Source: Candidatus Latescibacterota bacterium (lineage in GTDB: Bacteria > Latescibacterota > UBA2968 > GCA-2709665). From it: a DNA stretch of 64,000 nt. The translations under genes and the position numbers were made by a program. The notes beneath the pieces were generated by a model. The model did not search any database. It was given only the letters and a program-made list of their open reading frames with translations, and was not told the DNA's origin. Where the stretch lies: positions 1,760,001-1,824,000 of the forward strand of contig CBDCOX010000002.1 in assembly GCA_965219995.1 (NCBI GenBank), in the 5' to 3' direction. Each line of letters begins with the position of its first letter. Positions within the stretch are counted from its first letter, which is position 1. Shown here one piece after another: positions 56,429-64,000 of this stretch.

Positions 56429-56652
56429 CAATAGTCGCCGCTGGGCGCGGGGCCTGCCATATGCACAGCGCGAACCCCCTCGCAGGATGCACGTAGCCCT
56501 CTGCCCTGACACCCTCGATGGCACATCAAACCCCGTTGCTGGACGGATCAGCGCGCTCTGCTCCGGTAGTCCTCCGGTCAGGATATCCCTTCGTAGTCCG
56601 ATTGGCGTCTGGATGATGAGAGCATCCGTTGGCAATCAGATCTCAGCCGTCA

Positions 56653-57037
56653 GCTTGAAGCAAGATCGAAAATCAACGTCAGATCCAACATCTACATCTG
56701 CCCAAATTCCCTAAAGGCGGTGAGAGGGGAGACGGGAGACGTTAGAAGACATGAGTGCCCGCTAGTTTTCCTGGCCGTAACGAAGAGGGCGAAAAATCCG
56801 GCACGGGAAACCTCGAAACACTGTTGTGTCAATCTCAAGATCAAGGCCACATGATCTAATATGGCGTTCCGGCGCTATCCCTTTTTGACTTCGCGCCGCG
56901 TTAGGTGACAAGGTCTTTCGTCTATCGTCTCACGGCTTTTGTCGCCTGCCCCGTGCGGTTTCATTTCTTGCCGGAGGCATAAGAGAGAAACCAATCGGGC
57001 AAGGATGTCATCTACCGTCTACCGTCTCACCGCCTTT
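56653..57037. mobile_element. Family-B element copy 3 (extended) with the same upstream block
   Basis: gcttgaagcaagatcgaaaatca..ccaaattccctaaaggcggtgaga..gtcatctaccgtctaccgtctcaccgccttt. 13-bp perfect terminal inverted repeat AAAGGCGGTGAGA; an extra right-end-like motif at 56913-56940. Confidence 0.65.
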
Positions 57038-57154
57038 GTATAGATTCAGCGTCCAGGTCTTCCGGAGCTCAATGACCACAAATCGGCAGGCAGAACAGGC
57101 GAACGGCCTGTATTTTTTCGTCCCGTTCCGAATGGAATAATTTTAAAGTATATA

Positions 57155-57209
57155 TTGACAAACAATCTATTTATATGTATATTATTTATATAACTATTAA
57201 TAATATTAA
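57155..57209 (+). promoter_or_regulatory. Sigma70 promoter and AT-rich palindrome upstream of the DUF2089 gene
   Basis: TTGACA(57155)-17-TATATT(57178); TTAATA-A-TATTAA at 57197-57209. Confidence 0.65.
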
Positions 57210-57223
57210 ATAGAGAATACATA

Positions 57224-57508
57224 ATGTCAAAAAACACGTTGCCGATACAGTGCCCCAGCTGCGATCGTGATTTGCACGTTGTCCGGCTCGGATGCGATCA
57301 TTGCGGTACCGCCGTGGAGGGCTGCTTCGCGCTCCCGGTCCTGACGCGCCTGGATCCCGGTGACCGTCTGCTGATCCTGAATCTGGTCAAGGCAAGCGGA
57401 AACCTCAAAGATCTGGTCCGGCTCTACGGCGTCTCCTATCCGACCGTTCGCAACCGCCTCGACGCGCTGATCGAGAAGATCAACAAGATAGAAGCCGGCA
57501 AGGGGTAG
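57224..57508 (+). CDS. DUF2089 family protein (zinc ribbon + HTH)
   Basis: CPSC...CDHCGTAVEGCF and SGNLKDL..YGVSYPTVRNRLD motifs. Confidence 0.88.
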   Translation: MSKNTLPIQCPSCDRDLHVVRLGCDHCGTAVEGCFALPVLTRLDPGDRLLILNLVKASGNLKDLVRLYGVSYPTVRNRLDALIEKINKIEAGKG

Positions 57509-57530
57509 TGTCCATTGCAGGGAGGTCGGA

Positions 57531-58199
57531 ATGGAGAACTCGGAAGGCAAAGCCCGGAATGACCTGAAGACATGGTTGTTCAACCCCTTTCACTACGTCG
57601 CCGGAGGCACGGCTCTGGGCATCGGGCTTGGGGTGATGCTGGTCGCCAGCCTCGTTGGCGCGGCCACGAATTACCACTTCGACGGTGTCATAGACCTGCA
57701 TTCGGGCCCTGCGGCGCCGGCGTGGGTATTCGTCTCCGAAAACCTGATCAACTGGCTTGTCATGGGAATTCTGCTCTATTGCGCGGGGCGGCTGATATCG
57801 AAGAGCCGCATCCGCCCGCTGGACGTCTTCGGCACCCAGGCAATGGCGCGGGTACCGATGGCGATTACCCTGTTTTGCGTGCTCCTCCCGGGCTTCCAGC
57901 GGGTTACGGACCACCTCGCCGGACAGTTGCAGCAGGGCCCCGGCCGGTTCCGGTCCGACCCCTCCGGGAGCGCGCTATCGTCCTTCACGCAGGTCGCATC
58001 GCTCGACCTCGCTGTTTTCGTCGTGGGCGTCATTCTGGCGCTGTTTCTGCTGATCTGGATGGTCCTGCTGATGTACCGCGCGTTCGCGGTTGCCTGCAAC
58101 GTGAGCGGCGGCAAGGCCATCGGCCTTTTCGTGGGCGCCATCCTGATTGGAGAAGCCCTGTCCAAACTGCTCATCGGCGCTCTCCTGTCCGAAATATGA
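57531..58199 (+). CDS. Yip1-like multi-pass membrane protein
   Basis: LFNPFHYVAG, five hydrophobic segments, R..DVFGTQAMAR; GGAGG RBS. Confidence 0.65.
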   Translation: MENSEGKARNDLKTWLFNPFHYVAGGTALGIGLGVMLVASLVGAATNYHFDGVIDLHSGPAAPAWVFVSENLINWLVMGILLYCAGRLISKSRIRPLDVFGTQAMARVPMAITLFCVLLPGFQRVTDHLAGQLQQGPGRFRSDPSGSALSSFTQVASLDLAVFVVGVILALFLLIWMVLLMYRAFAVACNVSGGKAIGLFVGAILIGEALSKLLIGALLSEI

Positions 58200-58296
58200 A
58201 ACTCGCCGTTCCAGAAACCCGGTACGGCGAGCCCTTGCGCCCATCACTATGTACCCGCCGGATGGCCCCTCAGTTGGCCATCCAATACTCCATGCG

Positions 58297-59508
58297 TCAG
58301 AACATATTCCCTTCCGCGCGACTGCTCCCGCCACGTATCACAACAGGTTCCCGCATCCCCACGCACATGTTCCCGATCGCCAGATTGTAATCGCTGGCTC
58401 CACTTTCCACGATGCCGTCGGTCTGCGTGGGTTCCGCCTGATCGTCTGCACAACGATTGCCCTGCACAATCGTCCGCTCCAGGTCGTGAAGCCGGATCCC
58501 GGGCCAGCGACCGGACGCCTCCTGCGAATTGCTCAGAAGCAGGTTTCCGGAAACCACCTGCTCCTCGCCCCGGTTGGCGTCGATTCCGCAACGCCCGTTG
58601 TACGCGCAGACATTGTCGCTGATCACGTTATGATGGTCGCCGCCGTTCGCCACCCCGCCGATCCCGTTCTGAAGGTTCTTTGAAAACACGCTGTCACTGC
58701 ATACCGTATGGTGCACGCGGGCGCAGAAGAAAAAGCCGTCGCCGCCGTTGCCTTCCGCGATGTTGTGCGACCAGACGCTCGCGCGGAGCGCCGTACCGGG
58801 GTGAAATCCGTGTCCGCGGCAGCCGTGGGCCTGGCACTGCATCACCTGGACGTCGCTGCCGCGCTGAATACCGATCCCGTCGCTCGGCCAGCCCGAAACC
58901 GTGCAGTTCACCACCCGCACCCGCCGGCATGCCACCAGATGGACCGCGGCATAGGTGAAATCCCACCACGGCCCCCGGTAATTCTCCGGACCTCGTATGG
59001 TGAGGTCCCGAATCTCGATATCCCGCTCATCCAGCGCGTGGACCGCCGGGAACAGCCGGACGGCCCGCGCGTTATCCGACGTGTTCAACGCCCGTTCCAG
59101 CGGCACGCTCAGCCGCACCCGAGACCCGTTTCGCGCCTGAACGACGCCGTGCGTACCGTGCCAGCCATATTGCCGATCGTCGCAAATTCCAACGGCGTCG
59201 CCCACCTCGAATGGCGGAAGCGCGCTGCATTCGACCTCGTGATCGCCCTCGCGCGCGTCTTTGTTCAGGGCAACGGATTCCGGTGGACGGATCGCCAGAA
59301 CGGTCGCCGGGCCGTCGCCGACGAGACTCACGCATCGGGGCACAACCACGGACTGCCGCAGGAGATAGGTGCCCGCCGGAACGCGGACCCGTCCTCCCGC
59401 CGGCGACAGAGAAGCGATCGCCTCGGCAATCCCCGCCGTCGGGGATTCCGGATCGTAAAAATCCGCAGCATTGACTTCGGACTGCCGTGCCGGCGACCCC
59501 GACATCAC
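58297..59508 (-). CDS. Right-handed parallel beta-helix protein (pectin-lyase fold)
   Basis: IAEAIASL..AGGRVRVPAGTY followed by PbH1-like repeats (DGIGI, GHGFHPG, NGGDGFFFC, NGRCGI). Confidence 0.8.
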   Translation of the reverse strand: MMSGSPARQSEVNAADFYDPESPTAGIAEAIASLSPAGGRVRVPAGTYLLRQSVVVPRCVSLVGDGPATVLAIRPPESVALNKDAREGDHEVECSALPPFEVGDAVGICDDRQYGWHGTHGVVQARNGSRVRLSVPLERALNTSDNARAVRLFPAVHALDERDIEIRDLTIRGPENYRGPWWDFTYAAVHLVACRRVRVVNCTVSGWPSDGIGIQRGSDVQVMQCQAHGCRGHGFHPGTALRASVWSHNIAEGNGGDGFFFCARVHHTVCSDSVFSKNLQNGIGGVANGGDHHNVISDNVCAYNGRCGIDANRGEEQVVSGNLLLSNSQEASGRWPGIRLHDLERTIVQGNRCADDQAEPTQTDGIVESGASDYNLAIGNMCVGMREPVVIRGGSSRAEGNMF

Positions 59509-59545
59509 ACGCTCCCCGCAATACAGGCGACCCGCGCCGCGACGG

Positions 59546-60274
59546 CTACGCCGCCGGCGGTTCCAGAAATACCGTCACGCCCATATCGGCGAATTTCGAC
59601 CGCTCTTCCGCCGATCCGATCCGGTGGCACACGGCCGCGCCGGTACCCTGGAGGGACTTCGCCACGTAGGCCACGGCGTCATCCACCGACTTCAGCGCGT
59701 GATTGGGGTGCGCCCTCAGGTTGAACGTCAGATCGGTGGGTCCGAACGAGAGGCAATCCACCCCGGGCCGGGCCAGAAAATGCGCCCGGGTCGCGGCCTC
59801 TACCGATTCGATCTGCAGCCACAACACCCCGTATGCGTTCCACCAGTCCGCATATTCGAAGGGATCGGAGATCGCCGAAGCCCCACGCCGGGAACGGCCG
59901 CCGATGCTCCGGATCCCCGCCTGCGGAAAATAGAACGCGTTGACCGCCTCAATCGCGGTCTCATCCGTCTCCGTCTGAGGGACCTCCACGCCGCACGGCC
60001 CGAGATCCAGGTAATTCCCGATCAGGTACGCGTTCCTGGTGTGTTTGATGCGAAACTGGACGAACACGTCCAGTTCCTCCGCGATTCCGCAGAATTCCTC
60101 AAGCCGCTCTTCGTTAAGCGCCGAATGCTGGCTGTCGGCGGATACGAAGTCGTACGGACCGCTATCCATCACCTGCAGGAATCGCTCCCGCGTGGCGTCC
60201 AGAGGCAGCATCGTGCCCACAATCTGCTCGCCATCGCGTATCCGTTTCTTCAGGCCAATGGCATTTTCGAACAT
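59546..60274 (-). CDS. HpcH/HpaI-like aldolase (divergent)
   Basis: DSQHS, YLDLGPCGVEVP, YFPQAGIRS, LQIES and FGPTDL motifs; ATG 60274 follows GGAGGG. Confidence 0.75.
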   Translation of the reverse strand: MFENAIGLKKRIRDGEQIVGTMLPLDATRERFLQVMDSGPYDFVSADSQHSALNEERLEEFCGIAEELDVFVQFRIKHTRNAYLIGNYLDLGPCGVEVPQTETDETAIEAVNAFYFPQAGIRSIGGRSRRGASAISDPFEYADWWNAYGVLWLQIESVEAATRAHFLARPGVDCLSFGPTDLTFNLRAHPNHALKSVDDAVAYVAKSLQGTGAAVCHRIGSAEERSKFADMGVTVFLEPPAA

Positions 60275-60340
60275 AGGTCCCTCCACGTGCGCCTGGAGTC
60301 GCGCTTCAGAGTACAAGTTCGGCAAAACGTACGGGATTTC

Positions 60341-61597
60341 TCACCTTGCATTTCCGGGCGTCAAATCATCGGCATGTTCTCTCACCTTTTCGAACGCCAG
60401 GCAGATCTCGTTCATCCTTTTCTCGGGTGCAAGCAAAACCCGCTGGGACAGCCAGATCCGGTCTGAGCAGGCCTTCTCCGCGTTCGGCAGATGCATGCTC
60501 CGGTAATCCGGCGCGTCATCCGCCACGGTCCAGGGGAAGGGCCTGTACGAACCGGCCATCCAGTCGGTCTGAAAGACGGGGTTCCGGTATACCGGCTCGG
60601 CATAGCCTCCGCTGGCGGGCACCCCTTCGGCCCGGAGCGCCTGCAGGAACCGCTCCCTGGATACGCCTGGGAATTTGTCCGGCGCGTACCGGGCGCTGTA
60701 GACGTGCCAGCTCGCCCGGGTTGCTTCAGCCAGCCGCCTGACCGGCTCGATTCCCTCGACCCGCGACAGCGTTCGACTCAGCATGGCTGCATTCTGCTCG
60801 CGGATTTCCGTCTGTTGTCGGAGCCTCTTCAGCTGGCACAGCAGAATCGCAGCCGTGAAGTCGGTCATGCGATGGTTGCCTCCCCAGCGGACCCGTTCCG
60901 GCGCCCGATCGAACCGGGAACGCCCCGAATTGATTACGCACCCCATCCGGTCGGCGACCTCTTCGTCGTTCGTCAGCGCGATACCACCCTCTCCGGAGGT
61001 CATATTCTTGCTCTGTTGAAAACTGAATCCCGACGCCAGACCCCAGCTGCCCAGGCCCTTTTCCATATACGCCGCCCCCCAGCCGTGGCAGGCGTCTTCC
61101 AGAACGACCAGATTGTGCCGGTCCGCGATGGTCCGGATGCGCGCCATATCGCATGCCAGCCCGCCGAAGTGCACGACCATGACCGCCTTCGTCCGGGGCG
61201 TGATGGCAGACTCGATCGCATCGGGGTCGATATTGTCGGTATCCGGCGCGATGTCCGCGAAGGTCACGGTCGCACCGGCAGCCAGAATGCCCATACACGT
61301 GCCGTGAAACGTGAACGGACTGGTGATCACCTCGTCGCCCACCCCGATCTCCGCGCCCCGGCATGCGGCCTCCAGCGCGTTCGTGCCCCCGCTGCATACC
61401 AGTCCGTACCTGGCGTCCTGAAAGCGGGCGAACGCTTCTTCCAGTTCCCGGCACTTCGGACCGGAGTTCCAGTTCCGGCCGCGCAATACGTCCAGCAGCA
61501 TGGCCTCTTCGGTCGCGTCGAATTGCGGCCAGGGTTCCGCGACTTCACCAGTGACTGCGGGCTCTCCACCCAACAATGCAAGCCGGCCGGACATCAT
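60341..61597 (-). CDS. DegT/DnrJ/EryC1/StrS family PLP aminotransferase
   Basis: GVGDEVITSPFTF, VHFGG..CDM, EDACHGWG, SFQQSKNMTSGEGG and GGNHRM motifs. Confidence 0.9.
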   Translation of the reverse strand: MMSGRLALLGGEPAVTGEVAEPWPQFDATEEAMLLDVLRGRNWNSGPKCRELEEAFARFQDARYGLVCSGGTNALEAACRGAEIGVGDEVITSPFTFHGTCMGILAAGATVTFADIAPDTDNIDPDAIESAITPRTKAVMVVHFGGLACDMARIRTIADRHNLVVLEDACHGWGAAYMEKGLGSWGLASGFSFQQSKNMTSGEGGIALTNDEEVADRMGCVINSGRSRFDRAPERVRWGGNHRMTDFTAAILLCQLKRLRQQTEIREQNAAMLSRTLSRVEGIEPVRRLAEATRASWHVYSARYAPDKFPGVSRERFLQALRAEGVPASGGYAEPVYRNPVFQTDWMAGSYRPFPWTVADDAPDYRSMHLPNAEKACSDRIWLSQRVLLAPEKRMNEICLAFEKVREHADDLTPGNAR

Positions 61598-61698
61598 GCG
61601 CCTTTCAGATGGGAGAATTCGACGTTGCATGCCGGACAAAGCGGAAGTACATTTCCGAATCCGGGAACAGCGATTCAACTTGCGAACGGAGTCAAGTG

Positions 61699-62322
61699 AT
61701 GAGAGTCCAGATCAGCAGCCGGTCCACGCCGTACGAATACCACTCGCCAAACGGGCATGTACTCTTCAGCATGGAAGAAGCCGTACTTTCATACGAGCGC
61801 TTCGACGGCCGGATGAGCCCTCCGGTCAAACGCGCGAACTTCAACCGGAGCGACAGCGTTTCGGTCCTGCTCTACGCGTGGGAGACCGACGAAATCGTCC
61901 TCGTCGAGCAATTCCGTTACCCCGCGCACGCAAGATGTCCCGAATCGGAACGGGGTGGCAAAGGCTGGATCCTGGAAACCGTTGCCGGCATCAAGGATGC
62001 CCGCGGGCCAGACGTGGCCAGACGCGAACTGCTCGAAGAAACAGGATTCGCGCTCACCGGCGATCTCGAGCACCTCACCACGGCTTACGTCAGCCCGGGC
62101 GGCACCTCCGAACGCGTCGAACTCTATCTTGCCCGCGTAAGCAAACCGGACGGCATCCGGAAGCAAGCGGGGCTTGAATCCGAAGCCGAAGACATCCGCC
62201 CGCACACCATCCCCTTCGAAGAGGCCCTTCGCATGGTCGCGGACGGACGCATCGCGGACCTGAAGACGATTGTCTCGCTCTACATGCTCAAAGAGCGGTT
62301 GGACGGCAACCGGGAAACTTAG
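61699..62322 (+). CDS. NUDIX hydrolase (ADP-ribose pyrophosphatase-like)
   Basis: VLVEQFRYP, ETVAG..ARRELLEETG, SPGGTSE and E.EDI motifs. Confidence 0.88.
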   Translation: MRVQISSRSTPYEYHSPNGHVLFSMEEAVLSYERFDGRMSPPVKRANFNRSDSVSVLLYAWETDEIVLVEQFRYPAHARCPESERGGKGWILETVAGIKDARGPDVARRELLEETGFALTGDLEHLTTAYVSPGGTSERVELYLARVSKPDGIRKQAGLESEAEDIRPHTIPFEEALRMVADGRIADLKTIVSLYMLKERLDGNRET

Positions 62323-62346
62323 GTAGCTGCCTTAAAACCCTCCGCG

Positions 62347-63774
62347 TCACAGCAGCCGCCCCTTCCGCATCCGGCCTGCCTCGGGGTACCGTTCGGCCAA
62401 CGCAGCCACGGCGCTTGCGAATCCCGCGGCCTGTTCCTCCGCCTGCCCAACGAAGCGACCGGTCTCACTCAGGATCTCCCCGATCTCCCGTGCGGAAAGC
62501 GGGATTCGAAAGTCATCTCCCAACCGCTGTGCAAGGTCGTTTTTCTCCCGACCCTCCTCGCGCATTTCCAGCGCTACGGCCACCGCGTGCTCCTTCAGGG
62601 CTTCGTGGACTCCTTCGCGTCCGGCGCCCCGCTGGACGGAAGCCATCAGCAACGTGGTCGTGGCCAGGAACGGCATATACCGGGTCAGTTCATTCCGTAT
62701 GACCGCCTCATACACGCCCATTTCGTCCAGCACGTGCAGCGTGGTCTCCAGCATGCCGTCAAACGCGAAAATGGCATCGGGCAACGCCACGCGCCGCACG
62801 ACCGAGCAGGACACGTCGCCTTCGAACCACTGGTCGCCGACCAGTCCGCCGGCCATATGGACGTATCCGCCCAGCAGCACCTGAAACCCGTTGATCCGCT
62901 CGGCGCTGCGGGTATTCATCTTGTGGGGCATGGCGGACGACCCCACCTGGCCTTTCGCGAAGCCCTCGGTCGCGATCTCGGCGCCCGCCATCAATCGCAG
63001 CGTGCGCGAGAGATTCGCGATACCCCCGCCCATCTGGTAGAGGCAACTGATTGCTTCGAAATCCAGACCCCGGGGATAGATCTGTCCCACCGCATTCAAC
63101 TCACGGCCGAACCCCAGATGCTCGCGGACCTCCTCCTGGAGGGCTTTCAGCTTCTCATGGTCGCCGTCTACGAGCGTCAGCTGGTCCAGGGACGTCCCCA
63201 CCGCGCCCTTCAGCCCCCGAAGCGGATAATTCTCCACGAGATGCTCGAATCGCCGGAACGCGTGCAGCATTTCCTCGCCGAACATGGCGAATCGCTTACC
63301 CACTGTTGTCGGCTGCGCCGCCGCATGGTGGGTGCGGCCTACGATGGGCATCGCCTTCCATTCCTGCACGCGCCCGCCCAGGCGCAACAGCACCGCGACG
63401 TACTTGGACGCCAGGTACCGCAGTGAGCGCAGCACCTGAAACTGTTCCACGTTGTCCGTCAGGTCGCGGCTGGTCATGCCCTTGTGGACGTGTTCGTGCC
63501 CGGCCAGTTCACAGAATTCCTCGATGCGCGCCTTGACGTCGTGCCGCGTCCGGACTTCCCGGCGTTGTATCGAGGCCAGGTCCACCTGGTCCGCAACCCC
63601 CTCATAGGCGCGAATTGCCTCCTCCGGCACGTCCAGTCCCAGTTTTCGCTGGGCCCGCATCACCGCGATCCAGAACCGCCGCTCCAGAACGACTCGACCC
63701 TCTTCAGACCAGATCCCCCTGATTTCCGAACTCGCGTACCGCCCGGCCAGGACGTTGGGTATACTTTCCGTCAT
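62347..63774 (-). CDS. purB: Adenylosuccinate lyase
   Basis: NVLAGRYAS, TRHDVKARIEEF, GRTHHAAAQPTT.GKR and GSSAMPHKMN motifs; start at MTESIP. Confidence 0.93.
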   Translation of the reverse strand: MTESIPNVLAGRYASSEIRGIWSEEGRVVLERRFWIAVMRAQRKLGLDVPEEAIRAYEGVADQVDLASIQRREVRTRHDVKARIEEFCELAGHEHVHKGMTSRDLTDNVEQFQVLRSLRYLASKYVAVLLRLGGRVQEWKAMPIVGRTHHAAAQPTTVGKRFAMFGEEMLHAFRRFEHLVENYPLRGLKGAVGTSLDQLTLVDGDHEKLKALQEEVREHLGFGRELNAVGQIYPRGLDFEAISCLYQMGGGIANLSRTLRLMAGAEIATEGFAKGQVGSSAMPHKMNTRSAERINGFQVLLGGYVHMAGGLVGDQWFEGDVSCSVVRRVALPDAIFAFDGMLETTLHVLDEMGVYEAVIRNELTRYMPFLATTTLLMASVQRGAGREGVHEALKEHAVAVALEMREEGREKNDLAQRLGDDFRIPLSAREIGEILSETGRFVGQAEEQAAGFASAVAALAERYPEAGRMRKGRLL

Positions 63775-63809
63775 GGTTTCGTCCGCCTTCGTTTCCCGGC
63801 GTTCCCCGG

Positions 63810-64000
63810 CTATGACTCGATTGCTTCGGTGCGAACCGGACGGGCCGGATCCAGCGCCATCATCTCCTTCGCGTACGCGAACAGCGCCGGCGTGCCGCCG
63901 GTATGCACAAACACGACCGTCTGCTCCGGCCCCCATCGGCCCTCACGTATATGCCGGACCATCGCCCCGAAGGCCTTGCCGGTATACACAGGATCCAGGA
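63810..64000 (-). CDS. D-cysteine desulfhydrase/ACC deaminase family, 3' end (partial)
   Basis: Manual translation LDPVYTGKAFGAM...VVFVHTGGTPALFAY...ES-stop(63810). Confidence 0.85.
   Translation of the reverse strand, partial: LDPVYTGKAFGAMVRHIREGRWGPEQTVVFVHTGGTPALFAYAKEMMALDPARPVRTEAIES

Noticed and set aside
1-64000. Selenoprotein genes (in-frame UGA read-through) near selABC
   Set aside because: No gene was seen with a UGA interrupting a conserved domain; this was not exhaustively checked.

Overview
GC-rich bacterial chromosome segment. The secreted WD40 proteins with a C-terminal 'DFDGDGxVGFxDF' EF-hand/dockerin-like tail, GWxTD/TPR protein, heparinase II/III-like lyases and sulfatase-fold enzymes suggest a Latescibacterota-like, possibly sponge-associated organism (inference only). 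Layout: 1-15 kb, carbohydrate/glycan catabolism genes, one heparinase-like gene frameshifted. 15-30 kb, a tandem array of six paralogous secreted double-beta-propeller WD40 genes (14-15 blades), preceded by a strong sigma70 promoter, a twin 'GGAGGTGAT' module (repeated before gene 5), a degenerate ~71-bp tandem array built from the same motif as the gene leaders, and a MITE. 30-64 kb, mostly housekeeping and catabolic genes: CBS-korA-korB(CBS fusion), selA-selB-tRNA-Sec, galU, mazG, purB, plus nested MITE-like repeats. The best candidate for an undescribed system is the WD40 array. It shows blade shuffling between paralogues, a hypervariable loop and a diversified second dockerin-like loop, and is embedded in its own repeat architecture. 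No database searches were possible; products come from motifs read in the translations.
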